This document shows, in pieces, positions 9,200-18,264 of a stretch of 21,698 bases of DNA. Where the stretch lies: positions 151,274-172,971 of the forward strand of contig CP099826.1 in assembly GCA_029851245.1 (NCBI GenBank), read 5' to 3'. The translations under genes and the position numbers were made by a program. The DNA comes from Candidatus Saccharimonadota bacterium (GTDB taxonomy: Bacteria; Bacteroidota; Bacteroidia; Flavobacteriales; Blattabacteriaceae). The first letter of the stretch is position 1. Each line of letters opens with the position of its first letter. The notes beneath the pieces are model-generated. The model was given only the letters and a program-made list of their open reading frames with translations, was not told where the DNA came from and did not search any database.

Positions 9200-9513
9200 A
9201 TATCTTTTAATAATTTATTAATTATATTAATTAATTTTTTTTTATTAATAAGACCAATATTTCTTTTAATTTCTATACCTTTTTTATAAAAAATTAATGT
9301 TGGTATACTATATACATTAAATTTATTATGTAAAAATTTATTATTATCAACATTAATTTTTATAATTAATATTTTATCTTTATATATTTTAATAATATCA
9401 TTAATAATATTTTTAATTAATAAACATGGTGTACACCAAGGTGCCCAAAAATCTAATATAGAAATATTATTATTTTTAATAGTATTAAATATTTCTTTTT
9501 CTTTAATTATCAT
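9196..9513 (-). CDS. trxA: Thioredoxin (active site WCTPC rather than the canonical WCGPC)
   Basis: 105 aa. ILDFWAPWCTPC matches the thioredoxin FWAxWCGPC signature. YSIPTLIFYKKG matches the cis-Pro loop (xxxPTLxxFKxG). The size is typical. Confidence 0.88.
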   Translation of the reverse strand: MIIKEKEIFNTIKNNNISILDFWAPWCTPCLLIKNIINDIIKIYKDKILIIKINVDNNKFLHNKFNVYSIPTLIFYKKGIEIKRNIGLINKKKLINIINKLLKDI

Positions 9514-9703
9514 ATTTTTTAAAATTATTTTTAATTAAAAATTTTTTTTTATTATTTTTAATTTTTCTTTTAATAGAAGGTTTAATATAATATAATTTAT
9601 TTTTTAATAATTTTATTAATTTAAATTTTTTAATTTTATTTTTAAAAGTTTTTAAAATTTTATCAATTTTATCTCCTTTTTTAATATTAATAGTTAGTGT
9701 CAT
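9503..9703 (-). CDS. rpsU: 30S ribosomal protein S21
   Basis: 66 aa. INIKKGDKIDKILKTFKNKIKKFKLIKLLKNKLYYIKPSIKRKIK parallels the Bacteroidota and E. coli S21 pattern (V..ge..d.ALrRFKR..ek.g.l.e.r.r..yeKPs.kRk). Confidence 0.8.
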   Translation of the reverse strand: MTLTINIKKGDKIDKILKTFKNKIKKFKLIKLLKNKLYYIKPSIKRKIKNNKKKFLIKNNFKKYDN

Positions 9704-9737
9704 TACAATTAATATAATAAATAAAATAATAATATTA

Positions 9738-11027
9738 ATGAATAAAATAATAAAAAATTTAAAAGGTACAATAGATTTATTTAATAATAAAATAATATAT
9801 ATTGATTATATAATAAAAACTATTATAAAAATATTAAAATTATATGGATATCAAAAAATAGAAACTCCTAGTTTAGAAAATTTAGAAATTATAAATAAAA
9901 TAAAAAGAAATATAAATAATAAATTATATTTTAATTTAAATAAAAAATTTTTAATATTTGACTTAACAATACCATTAATAAGATTTATATTAACGAATAA
10001 TAATAGAATAATATATCCATTTAAAAGATATCAAATACAAAAAGTATGGAGAGGAGAAAAACCACAAAAAAATAGATATAGAGAATTTTATCAATTAGAT
10101 TATGATATTGTAAATTTTAAATCTACTAATATAGAAGAATTAGAAATTATATTAATATGTAATAAAATATTTAAAAAATTAAATTTACCAATTTATTTTT
10201 TAATAAATCATAAAGATATTATATATGGAATATGTGAAAAATATAAAATTAATAATAAATACTGGAATTATTTTATAAATACAATAGATAAAATAGAAAA
10301 ATTAGGAATTAATTTAGTAAAAAATTTATTAATAAAAAAAATAAATATTAATATAGTAAATAAAATATTAAAATTATTTAATATTAAAAAAAAAAATATA
10401 AAATTATTAAAATATTTAAAAAAAAAATTTAAAAATAATAAAAATTATGGTATTAATGGTATTAATAAATTATTAAAAATATTTAATTATATAATAAAAT
10501 TTAAAATAAAATATATAAAAGTAAAATTTATGATATATCTATCAAGAGGTTTAGATTATTATTCAGATATATATTTTGAAATTAAATCTATATATAAGAA
10601 TAATATATTATCATTAGGTGGAGGCGGTAGATATAATAATATTATAAAGATAAATAATAAAAATATAAAATTTATAGGGATCTCATTAGGTATATATAGA
10701 ATATATAATATAATAAAGAAATATAAATTTAAAAATATAAATAATAAAAAGATAATGTTAATAAATTTTAATAAAAATTTAATAAAAATTAATAAATATG
10801 CCGAATATTTAAGAAAAAAAAAATTTATAACTGAAATATATTTATATAATGATAAAATTAAAAAACAACTTAAATATTGTATTAAAAAAAAATATAATTA
10901 TTTAATATTTATAGGTACAAAAGAAATTAGAAAAAAAATTATTAATGTAAAAAATATATATAATAATAAAAATAAAATATTTAATAATATTAAAGAATTT
11001 ATTAATTATATTAAAAAAAAAAAATAA
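9738..11027 (+). CDS. hisS: Histidine--tRNA ligase
   Basis: 429 aa. N-terminal LKGTIDLF (GxxD). Class II motif 2 region RYQIQKVWRGEKPQKNRYREFYQLDYDIV (cf. FRxErPQxGRyREFxQ). Motif 3 GGGGRYNN. Size is typical of HisRS. Confidence 0.9.
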   Translation: MNKIIKNLKGTIDLFNNKIIYIDYIIKTIIKILKLYGYQKIETPSLENLEIINKIKRNINNKLYFNLNKKFLIFDLTIPLIRFILTNNNRIIYPFKRYQIQKVWRGEKPQKNRYREFYQLDYDIVNFKSTNIEELEIILICNKIFKKLNLPIYFLINHKDIIYGICEKYKINNKYWNYFINTIDKIEKLGINLVKNLLIKKININIVNKILKLFNIKKKNIKLLKYLKKKFKNNKNYGINGINKLLKIFNYIIKFKIKYIKVKFMIYLSRGLDYYSDIYFEIKSIYKNNILSLGGGGRYNNIIKINNKNIKFIGISLGIYRIYNIIKKYKFKNINNKKIMLINFNKNLIKINKYAEYLRKKKFITEIYLYNDKIKKQLKYCIKKKYNYLIFIGTKEIRKKIINVKNIYNNKNKIFNNIKEFINYIKKKK

Positions 11028-11028
11028 T

Positions 11029-12048
11029 ATGGAATGTGGAATAATAGGATTACCAAATGTAGGTAAATCATCATTTTTTAAATTATTAACAAACAATGAA
11101 GTATTAATAAAAAATTATCCATTTAGTACTATAAAACCAAATATATCATATATAAAAGTATATGATAATAGAATAGAAAAAATTGCTAAATTATTAAATT
11201 ATAATAAAGTAGAAAATAATAATTATATAAAATTAATAGATATAGCAGGAATTATAAAAAATTCATATAAAGGTAAAGGATTAGGAAATATATTTTTATC
11301 ACATATTAATAATACTAAAATATTAATAAATATTATAAGATTTTTTTATAATAAAGAAATAATAAATATAAATAATAATATAATAGATCCAATATATGAA
11401 TATAAAATTATAAAAAATGAGTTAATTATGAAAGATATTGTAAATATAAAAAAAAAAATATTAATAAATGATAATATAAAATATAAAAATATTTTAAAAA
11501 AAATATTATTATTATTAAAAAAAAAAAAAAAAAAAGATATTAAAAAATTTTATAAAATTGAAAATAATAATTTAAATAAAATAAAAAATATTAATTTATT
11601 AAGTATTAAACCATGTTATTATATTTTAAATATTAATAAATATACAGAAAGAGAAGAAATTAAATATATTAAAAAATATTTTTTAAAAAAAAAAGAAAAA
11701 ATATTATTTTTAGATATTAAAAAAAATATTAATAATAATAATAAAAAAAATATTAAAAAATTAATAAATAAAATATATTATAAATTAAATTATAATATAT
11801 TTTTTACAATAGATGAAAAACGTAAAAAAATATGTTCATGGAAAATAAAAAATAATACTTACGCATATAAAGCATCTGAAAAAATACATTCTACATTTAG
11901 TAAAAAGATTATAAAAATAAAAAAAATAAATTATAAAAAATTTATTATAAATTTTAATATTAAAAATTATAAAAATAATTTTATAATAAAAAATAAATTT
12001 TATAAAATTAAAGATGGTGATATAATATATTTTATATTAAATAAATAA
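11029..12048 (+). CDS. ychF: Ribosome-binding ATPase YchF
   Basis: 339 aa. MECGIIGLPNVGKSSFF (G1), NYPFSTIKPN (YPFxTIxPN), LIDIAGIIKNSYKGKGLGNIFLSHI (DIAGLVxGAsxGxGLGNxFL). C-terminal TGS-like SWKIKNNTYAYKASEKIHSTFSKKIIKIKKINYKKF (cf. RAWTIxxGxxAxxAAGxIHSDFxxGFIrAE). Confidence 0.9.
   Translation: MECGIIGLPNVGKSSFFKLLTNNEVLIKNYPFSTIKPNISYIKVYDNRIEKIAKLLNYNKVENNNYIKLIDIAGIIKNSYKGKGLGNIFLSHINNTKILINIIRFFYNKEIININNNIIDPIYEYKIIKNELIMKDIVNIKKKILINDNIKYKNILKKILLLLKKKKKKDIKKFYKIENNNLNKIKNINLLSIKPCYYILNINKYTEREEIKYIKKYFLKKKEKILFLDIKKNINNNNKKNIKKLINKIYYKLNYNIFFTIDEKRKKICSWKIKNNTYAYKASEKIHSTFSKKIIKIKKINYKKFIINFNIKNYKNNFIIKNKFYKIKDGDIIYFILNK
11517..11535 (+). repeat. 19-nt poly(A) homopolymer inside the ychF reading frame (encodes KKKKKK)
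   Basis: Counted directly: A at 11517-11520 plus 11521-11535, followed by GAT. This agrees with the translated LLLLKKKKKKD. Confidence 0.95.
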
Positions 12049-12050
12049 AA

Positions 12051-12917
12051 ATGATAAAAAATTTTATACCATTAATAACACCATTTGATAAAAAATATAA
12101 TGTTGATTTTTTATCATTAGAAAAATTAATATTATTTATATCAAATATAAAAGGAATAAATTATATTATAATATTTAATGAATATTCTGAATATTATTCA
12201 TTATATAATAATGATAAAATAGATATAATAAATTGTATACAAAATAATAATATTAATAATATAAATTTAGTATTAAAAATAAATAATAAATATTATAATA
12301 GCGATATAATATATATTTTAAATAAAAAAATTTATAAGAATATTAAATATATAATAATAGATTATCCTAATATTAAATCAATATTTATAAATGAAATATT
12401 AAATAATTATAATAAAATATTTAAATATTTTAAAAATATATATTTTTTTATAAATTTTAATAATAATAAATATATAAATGAAAAAATATTATTAAAAATA
12501 AAATTAAATAATAAAAATTTTTTAGGTATAATAATAAAAGAAAATTATTTAATAAAAAATTATAGTTTTTTTAAAAATATAAAAATAATAATTAATAATG
12601 ATTTAATATTAATTAATAAATATATAGATTTAAAATATTATTATGGAATAATTTCTCCTTTATTCAATATAATATTTGAATTTATTAATAATATAATATA
12701 TAATTATAATAATAAAATGATATATAATAAAAAAATTAATAATTTTGAAAAATTAATAAATATTATATATAATAAAATAAATATTATTTCAGGAATAAAA
12801 TATTTATTAAATATAAAAAATATATGTAATTTTTATATAAAATTACCATGTAATAATATTAATAATATTAAATATTATAAAAAATTAAAAAAAATATATA
12901 ATATTTTAACAATTTAA
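12051..12917 (+). CDS. dapA: DapA-family protein (4-hydroxy-tetrahydrodipicolinate synthase-like), with degenerate active-site motifs
   Basis: 288 aa. The N-terminus FIPLITPFDKKYNVDFLSLEKLILFISNIKGINYIII fits the DapA/NAL-family pattern (G..palvTPf...g.vD...l..li.....G..gi.v). LGIIIKEN lies at the position of E. coli IIGIKEA, which holds the Schiff-base Lys161. GTTGE is replaced by NEYSE. Size is typical. Confidence 0.6.
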   Translation: MIKNFIPLITPFDKKYNVDFLSLEKLILFISNIKGINYIIIFNEYSEYYSLYNNDKIDIINCIQNNNINNINLVLKINNKYYNSDIIYILNKKIYKNIKYIIIDYPNIKSIFINEILNNYNKIFKYFKNIYFFINFNNNKYINEKILLKIKLNNKNFLGIIIKENYLIKNYSFFKNIKIIINNDLILINKYIDLKYYYGIISPLFNIIFEFINNIIYNYNNKMIYNKKINNFEKLINIIYNKINIISGIKYLLNIKNICNFYIKLPCNNINNIKYYKKLKKIYNILTI

Positions 12918-12924
12918 AGATAAT

Positions 12925-13245
12925 ATGAATAATAATTATATACTAAATACAGAATTAATTTTAAAAAAAATAAAATATTTTAATATATATGAAGTAATAA
13001 ATTATTTATCAAAAATATCTGATTTTATTGAAAAAAAAATAAAAAAAGTAATTATAAAAAAAATAAATAATATAAAATTATTAAAAAAAATAAAATTAAA
13101 TAGAAAAGAAAAAATAAAAATATTAAAATTTTATGAAAAATTACCAAAATCAAATATTATTACAATATTAAAATTATTAAATAATAAAATAATTATTAAA
13201 TATGATAAATATAAAAAAAGATACAAAATATATTTATATAAATAA
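12925..13245 (+). CDS. Hypothetical 106-aa basic protein (orphan), 3' end overlapping aroB by 44 nt
   Basis: The 106-codon open frame fills the dapA-aroB gap exactly. It looks predominantly helical (K/I/L/N periodicity). No recognised motif. Long stop-free frames are unexpected by chance in sequence this AT-rich. Confidence 0.4.
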   Translation: MNNNYILNTELILKKIKYFNIYEVINYLSKISDFIEKKIKKVIIKKINNIKLLKKIKLNRKEKIKILKFYEKLPKSNIITILKLLNNKIIIKYDKYKKRYKIYLYK

Positions 13246-14287
13246 AAATTTTATTAAATTATATAGTTATTTAAAAAAAAATAAAAATATTTCAAATATT
13301 ATAATTTTATTAGATAATAATACTAAAAAATTTTGTTTATATTATTTATTAAAAAAAATAAATAATTTTAAAAAAAAAATAATAATATTAAAAATAAAAT
13401 CTGGAGAATATAATAAAAATATATATACATGTATTAAAATTTTTAATAAATTAATATTATATAAAATCGATAAAAATAGTATTTTAATAAATTTAGGAGG
13501 AGGTGTAATAACTGATTTAGGAGGATTTATAGCATCTATTTATAAAAGAGGAATTAATTATATAAATATACCAACTACTTTATTAGGAATGGTAGATGCT
13601 TCTATAGGCGGAAAAAATGGAATTAATTTTAATAATTATAAGAATGAAATAGGAATTATAAATAAACCTAAATTAATATTAATAAATATAAAATTTATAA
13701 ATAGTTTATCAAAAAATGATATATTTTCAGGATTAGGAGAATTATTTAAATATGGAATAATATATAATAAAAAATATTGGAATTATTTAAAAAAAATAGA
13801 TTTTAATAAATTAAAAAATATTAAATGGAAAAAAATAATTTATAAAGCAATATTAATAAAAAATAAAATAGTAAATAAAGATCCTAATGAATATTATGGA
13901 TTTAGAAAAATATTAAATTTTGGACATACAATAGGACATGCAATAGAAAGTTTAAATTTATATAAGAAAAAATATATATCACATGGAGAAGCAATATCAT
14001 TAGGAATGATATGTGAATCATGGATTTCAAATAAAATTAATAAATTAAATAAAAAAGAATATAATGAAATATTAAAAATATTATTAAGATATTATAATAT
14101 TAAAAAAATTGATAATAAATATTTAAATAAAATATATAAATTTATAGAAAATGATAAAAAAAATAATAATAATAAAATAAATTTTTCTTTATTAAATAAA
14201 ATAGGTAAATGTGTATTTAATATAAATATTAAAAAAAAAATAATATTAAATAGTATTAAAATAATGAATAATATTAATGTAAAATAA
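13202..14287 (+). CDS. aroB: 3-dehydroquinate synthase (shikimate pathway step 2)
   Basis: 361 aa. [15 protein letters not shown] (GGGVxxDxxGF), [41 protein letters not shown] and HGEAISLGM are all the nucleotide- and metal-binding signature blocks of AroB, in order. Confidence 0.92.
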   Translation: MINIKKDTKYIYINKNFIKLYSYLKKNKNISNIIILLDNNTKKFCLYYLLKKINNFKKKIIILKIKSGEYNKNIYTCIKIFNKLILYKIDKNSILINLGGGVITDLGGFIASIYKRGINYINIPTTLLGMVDASIGGKNGINFNNYKNEIGIINKPKLILINIKFINSLSKNDIFSGLGELFKYGIIYNKKYWNYLKKIDFNKLKNIKWKKIIYKAILIKNKIVNKDPNEYYGFRKILNFGHTIGHAIESLNLYKKKYISHGEAISLGMICESWISNKINKLNKKEYNEILKILLRYYNIKKIDNKYLNKIYKFIENDKKNNNNKINFSLLNKIGKCVFNINIKKKIILNSIKIMNNINVK

Positions 14288-14289
14288 TA

Positions 14290-16722
14290 ATGAAAAATAA
14301 AATTACAAATAATATAAATATATATGATGAAATAAAATCATCGTATATAGATTACGCAATGTCAGTAATAATTTCAAGGGCATTACCAGATGTTAGAGAT
14401 GGATTAAAACCAGTACATAGAAGGATATTATATTCAATGTATAAATTAGGAGTTAATAAAGGTTATAAAAAATCTGCCCGTATAGTAGGTGAAGTATTAG
14501 GTAAATATCATCCTCATGGAGATAAATCAGTATATGATAGTATTGTAAGAATGTCTCAGTATTGGAATATAAGATATAAATTAATTAATGGACAAGGTAA
14601 TTTTGGTTCTATAGATAATGATCCTCCAGCAGCAATGAGATATACTGAAATAAAATTAGCAAAAATTACTGAAGATTATTTAATAGATATTGATAAAAAT
14701 ACTGTAAATATGATAAATAATTTTGATAATACCTTGAAAGAACCAATTATTTTACCGACTAAAATACCGAATTTATTAATTAATGGAGTATATGGAATAG
14801 CAGTAGGAATGGCTACAAATATGCCACCACATAATATAAGTAATACTATAGATTGTATATGTGCATATATTGAAAATAATAATATTAATATTAATAAATT
14901 AATAAATATAATTAAAGGTCCAGATTTTCCAACAGGTGGAATAATAACTACATATAAAGGAGTAATAAATTATTTAAAATATGGAAAAGGTAAAATAATT
15001 ATAAGATCAAAATATTATATTAAAAAAAAAAATAATAAAAAATATATAATTATTAAAGAAATACCTTATCAAGTAATAAAAAGTAATTTAATAAAGAAAA
15101 TTTATGAATTAATAAAGAATGAAAAAATAAAAGAAATTAAAAATATAAAAGATGAATCTAATAATAATAATATAAGAATAATAATTATATTAAAAAAAAA
15201 AAGTATACCTAAAATAGTAATTAATAAATTATTAAAATATAGTGATTTACAAATTAGTTATTATATTAATAATATAGTTTTAGTAGATAGAAAACCTAAA
15301 AGATTAAATTTAAAAAAATTAATATATTATTTTATTAAACATAGAAATGAAATAATAATAAGAAAAGCAAAATATTATTTATTATATTATAAAAAAAGAA
15401 TACATTTATTAAAAGGTTTTATAAAAATTTCAAAAAAAATAGATAAATTATTTACAATGATAAATAAATCTTTATCATATTTAGAATCTTTTAAAAAATT
15501 ACAAAAAAATTTTAAATTATCTAATGAACAAATAAAATTTATTTTAAATATTAAATTATATAAATTTACTAATAAAGAAAAAAAAAAAATTATTAAAGAA
15601 TATAAAGAATTAAAAGAAAAAATAATAATTAATAAAGAAATTATTAAAAATAAAGATAATAGAATGATAATAATTAAAAACGAATTATATGATATGAAAA
15701 ATAAATATGGTGATAAAAGAAAAACATTAATAAATTATAAAAATAATAATAATAAATATGAAAATTTAAATTTAATAAATTATAAATATTTATTAACTAT
15801 ATCATATAATGGATATATTAAAAAAACATTATTAAAAGAATATAAATTACAAAAAAGAGGAGGAAAAGGAAATATTGGAATGTTATTTAATAATAGTAAT
15901 GATTATATAGAACATATTATATTTGTAAATAATAAAGATTATATATATTTATTTACTATTAAAGGTAAATTTTATTATTTAAAAGTATTAGATATACCTG
16001 AAGGAAATAAAAAATATAAAGGGAGAGCAATACAGAATTTTATTAATATAAATAAAAATGATAAAATTAGATCTTATATTAAGGTAAATAAAGAATTTAT
16101 TAATAAAAATATAGATAATTTATATATTGTAATAATTACTAATAAAGGAATTATAAAAAGAACTAAATTAAAAGAATATTATAATTTTAAAAAAAATGGT
16201 ATTTATGCAATAAAAATAAAAAATAATGATTATTTATTAGATTCTAAATTAACTTATGGTAATTCAGATATATTAATATATACTGAAAATGGAAAAATTA
16301 TAAGATTTAATGAAACAAAAATTAAATTAACAAATAGAAAATCAATAGGAATAATAGGAATAAATAATAGAAATACTAAAATATTAGGTATGGTAATTAT
16401 TAATAAAAAATATAATAAATATATATTAATAGTATCAGAAAATGGTTATGGTAAACGTACTAATATAAATAATTATAGAATAACAAATAGAGGTAGAATA
16501 GGAATAAATACTTTAAAAATTACAAATAAAACTGGAAAATTAGTAATGGTTAAAAATATAAATAAAAATAATAATGATATTATAATAGTAAACAATAAAG
16601 GAAAAATTATAAGAATACCTATAAAATCAGTTAAAAAATTAGGAAGAAATTCACAAGGAGTAAAATTATTAAAATTAAATAAAAATAATAATGATAAAAT
16701 AGTAGATATTGAAATAATATAA
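14290..16722 (+). CDS. gyrA: DNA gyrase subunit A
   Basis: 810 aa. [52 protein letters not shown], and [12 protein letters not shown] containing the catalytic Tyr. The C-terminal repeated beta-pinwheel-like blades carry GYIKK/GKG-type turns. Confidence 0.97.
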   Translation: MKNKITNNINIYDEIKSSYIDYAMSVIISRALPDVRDGLKPVHRRILYSMYKLGVNKGYKKSARIVGEVLGKYHPHGDKSVYDSIVRMSQYWNIRYKLINGQGNFGSIDNDPPAAMRYTEIKLAKITEDYLIDIDKNTVNMINNFDNTLKEPIILPTKIPNLLINGVYGIAVGMATNMPPHNISNTIDCICAYIENNNININKLINIIKGPDFPTGGIITTYKGVINYLKYGKGKIIIRSKYYIKKKNNKKYIIIKEIPYQVIKSNLIKKIYELIKNEKIKEIKNIKDESNNNNIRIIIILKKKSIPKIVINKLLKYSDLQISYYINNIVLVDRKPKRLNLKKLIYYFIKHRNEIIIRKAKYYLLYYKKRIHLLKGFIKISKKIDKLFTMINKSLSYLESFKKLQKNFKLSNEQIKFILNIKLYKFTNKEKKKIIKEYKELKEKIIINKEIIKNKDNRMIIIKNELYDMKNKYGDKRKTLINYKNNNNKYENLNLINYKYLLTISYNGYIKKTLLKEYKLQKRGGKGNIGMLFNNSNDYIEHIIFVNNKDYIYLFTIKGKFYYLKVLDIPEGNKKYKGRAIQNFININKNDKIRSYIKVNKEFINKNIDNLYIVIITNKGIIKRTKLKEYYNFKKNGIYAIKIKNNDYLLDSKLTYGNSDILIYTENGKIIRFNETKIKLTNRKSIGIIGINNRNTKILGMVIINKKYNKYILIVSENGYGKRTNINNYRITNRGRIGINTLKITNKTGKLVMVKNINKNNNDIIIVNNKGKIIRIPIKSVKKLGRNSQGVKLLKLNKNNNDKIVDIEII

Positions 16723-16738
16723 TATATATAAAATAAAT

Positions 16739-17086
16739 ATGAAAAAAATAATAAATATTTTAAAAAAAAAATTTATAATTAATAATAAAAAATATAATTT
16801 TAATGTAGGAGATAATATTACTGTATATTATAACGATATTTATAATAAAAAAAATAAAATTTTAATGTACACTGGATATGTAATTAGCATTAAAGGAAAT
16901 AATAAATTTAATAAAAAATTTATATTAAGAAATATTATAAATAATATAGGAGTAGAAATAATATTTTATTTATATAGTCCATATATAAATAATATTATAA
17001 TTAATAAAAAAGGATATATTAAAAAATCTAAAATGTATTATATAAGAAAAAAAAAAAAAATTAAAATAAAAAATATAAAAAAATAG
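16739..17086 (+). CDS. rplS: 50S ribosomal protein L19
   Basis: 115 aa. FNVGDNITVYY (FRPGDTVEV), MYTGYVISIKG (FEGVVIAIRN), FILRNIINNIGVEIIFYLYSPYI ([21 protein letters not shown]) and KKSKMYYIRKK (RKAKLYYLRER). Confidence 0.9.
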   Translation: MKKIINILKKKFIINNKKYNFNVGDNITVYYNDIYNKKNKILMYTGYVISIKGNNKFNKKFILRNIINNIGVEIIFYLYSPYINNIIINKKGYIKKSKMYYIRKKKKIKIKNIKK

Positions 17087-17109
17087 AAAAAATTTATTTC
17101 TATTTTTTT
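17084..17109 (+). terminator. Weak candidate intrinsic terminator after rplS
   Basis: The stem TAGAAA (17084-17089) pairs with TTTCTA (17097-17102). The loop is 7 nt and a T7 run follows (17103-17109). The stem has only 6 bp with a single G-C pair, and such structures arise easily by chance in this composition. Confidence 0.25.
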
Positions 17110-17156
17110 ATATTAATTATTATTATTAATTATAATATTTTAAAAAAATAAAATTT

Positions 17157-17324
17157 ATGAAAAGTACTTATAAACCTTCAAAAAGAAAAAGATTAAGAAA
17201 ATTAGGATTTATGAATAAAAATAATAATAAAAATGGTAAAAAAATATTATATAGAAGAAGGAAAAAAAAAAGAAATATATTAACTTTTAGTGATTATAAA
17301 AAATATAAAAATATTAAATATTAA
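17157..17324 (+). CDS. rpmH: 50S ribosomal protein L34 (not present in the supplied ORF track)
   Basis: Hand translation gives MKSTYKPSKRKRLRKLGFMNKNNNKNGKKILYRRRKKKRNILTFSDYKKYKNIKY, ending at TAA 17322-17324. This matches E. coli L34: [44 protein letters not shown]. Confidence 0.85.
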   Translation: MKSTYKPSKRKRLRKLGFMNKNNNKNGKKILYRRRKKKRNILTFSDYKKYKNIKY

Positions 17325-17327
17325 TAA

Positions 17328-17888
17328 TTATTTTGAATTTTCATTATTATTGTTAATATTAATATTATATTTTTTAATAGTAATAATAACATTATTATAA
17401 TTATTTAATATTTTAATATTTTTATTATAATTAACAATATCTTTAACAAATATTTTATCCCCTATATCTAAATTATTAATATTAATATAAATATATTTAT
17501 TATAATATTTTAATTTAGTTTTAATTTTTAATTTATTTAAAATAATATAACAAAATCCTCCTTTAGAAACTCCTATAGAATTTTCTTTAGTTTTAATATT
17601 TATAAATGTTTTAAAAGATTTATTTTTTATAATTTTATAAAAATCTATATGTATAATTTTATTTCTTAATGCATTATATTGAATATCTTTAATTAAAGAA
17701 ATAAATTTTTTATTATTATTTTTAATATATATTATATAATCTTTTTTTTTTAAAATTTTATTAATTTCTAATAAGGAAATATAAAATTTTTTATTATAAT
17801 ATTTATTATAAATTATACAAGGTATATAGTTATTATTTTTTTTAAAATTAATAATAGATATATTTAAAATATTTTTTTTATTTAACAT
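17328..17888 (-). CDS. rplY: 50S ribosomal protein L25 (long, Ctc-type form)
   Basis: 186 aa. YIPCIIYNK (iPaVvYG), IQYNALRNKIIHIDFYKI (vqrhPv...i.HvDF..v), IGVSKGGFCYIILNKLKIK (Gvk.GG.l....el.v.c) and ININNLDIGDKIFVKDI (vDvs.L.iGdsi...D). Confidence 0.8.
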   Translation of the reverse strand: MLNKKNILNISIINFKKNNNYIPCIIYNKYYNKKFYISLLEINKILKKKDYIIYIKNNNKKFISLIKDIQYNALRNKIIHIDFYKIIKNKSFKTFINIKTKENSIGVSKGGFCYIILNKLKIKTKLKYYNKYIYININNLDIGDKIFVKDIVNYNKNIKILNNYNNVIITIKKYNININNNNENSK

Positions 17889-17889
17889 A

Positions 17890-18264
17890 TTATTTAATTT
17901 TTAAAAAATTTTTATTACATATTATAGGAAATTTAGAAAATAAATTATCAATTTTATAATATTTTCTAATTTTTTTTAAAAAAATATTAATAATTATAAA
18001 ATTATAATCTATTAATATCCATTTATTATTTTTAATACCTTCTATATTAGATGGTAAAATTTTATATTTTATAAAAATACATTTTTTAATATTATTATAT
18101 AATGAAGAAATATGTAAACTAGAATTACCTTCACAAATAATAAAAAAATCAAATAAATTATTTATTTTTTTATTAGTATAATAAATTTTAATATTTATAT
18201 TTTTTATAATAATATTATTAATAATAGTTTTAATAAATTTAAATTTATTTTTATTTATTTTCAT
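17890..18264 (-). CDS. rsfS: Ribosomal silencing factor RsfS (Iojap family)
   Basis: 124 aa. FDFFIICEGNSSLHISSLYNNI (DyfvI.sG.S.rqv.Aia..v), IEGIKNNKWILIDYNFIIINIFLKKIRKYYKIDNLF (EG.....WvLlDygdvvVHiF....ReyY.LE.LW). Confidence 0.85.
   Translation of the reverse strand: MKINKNKFKFIKTIINNIIIKNINIKIYYTNKKINNLFDFFIICEGNSSLHISSLYNNIKKCIFIKYKILPSNIEGIKNNKWILIDYNFIIINIFLKKIRKYYKIDNLFSKFPIICNKNFLKIK

Noticed and set aside
10902-11096. 64-aa minus-strand ORF in the track
   Set aside because: It is antisense to the hisS 3' end and the ychF 5' end, which contains the conserved P-loop region. It has no motif, and both sense-strand genes are well supported, so it is spurious.
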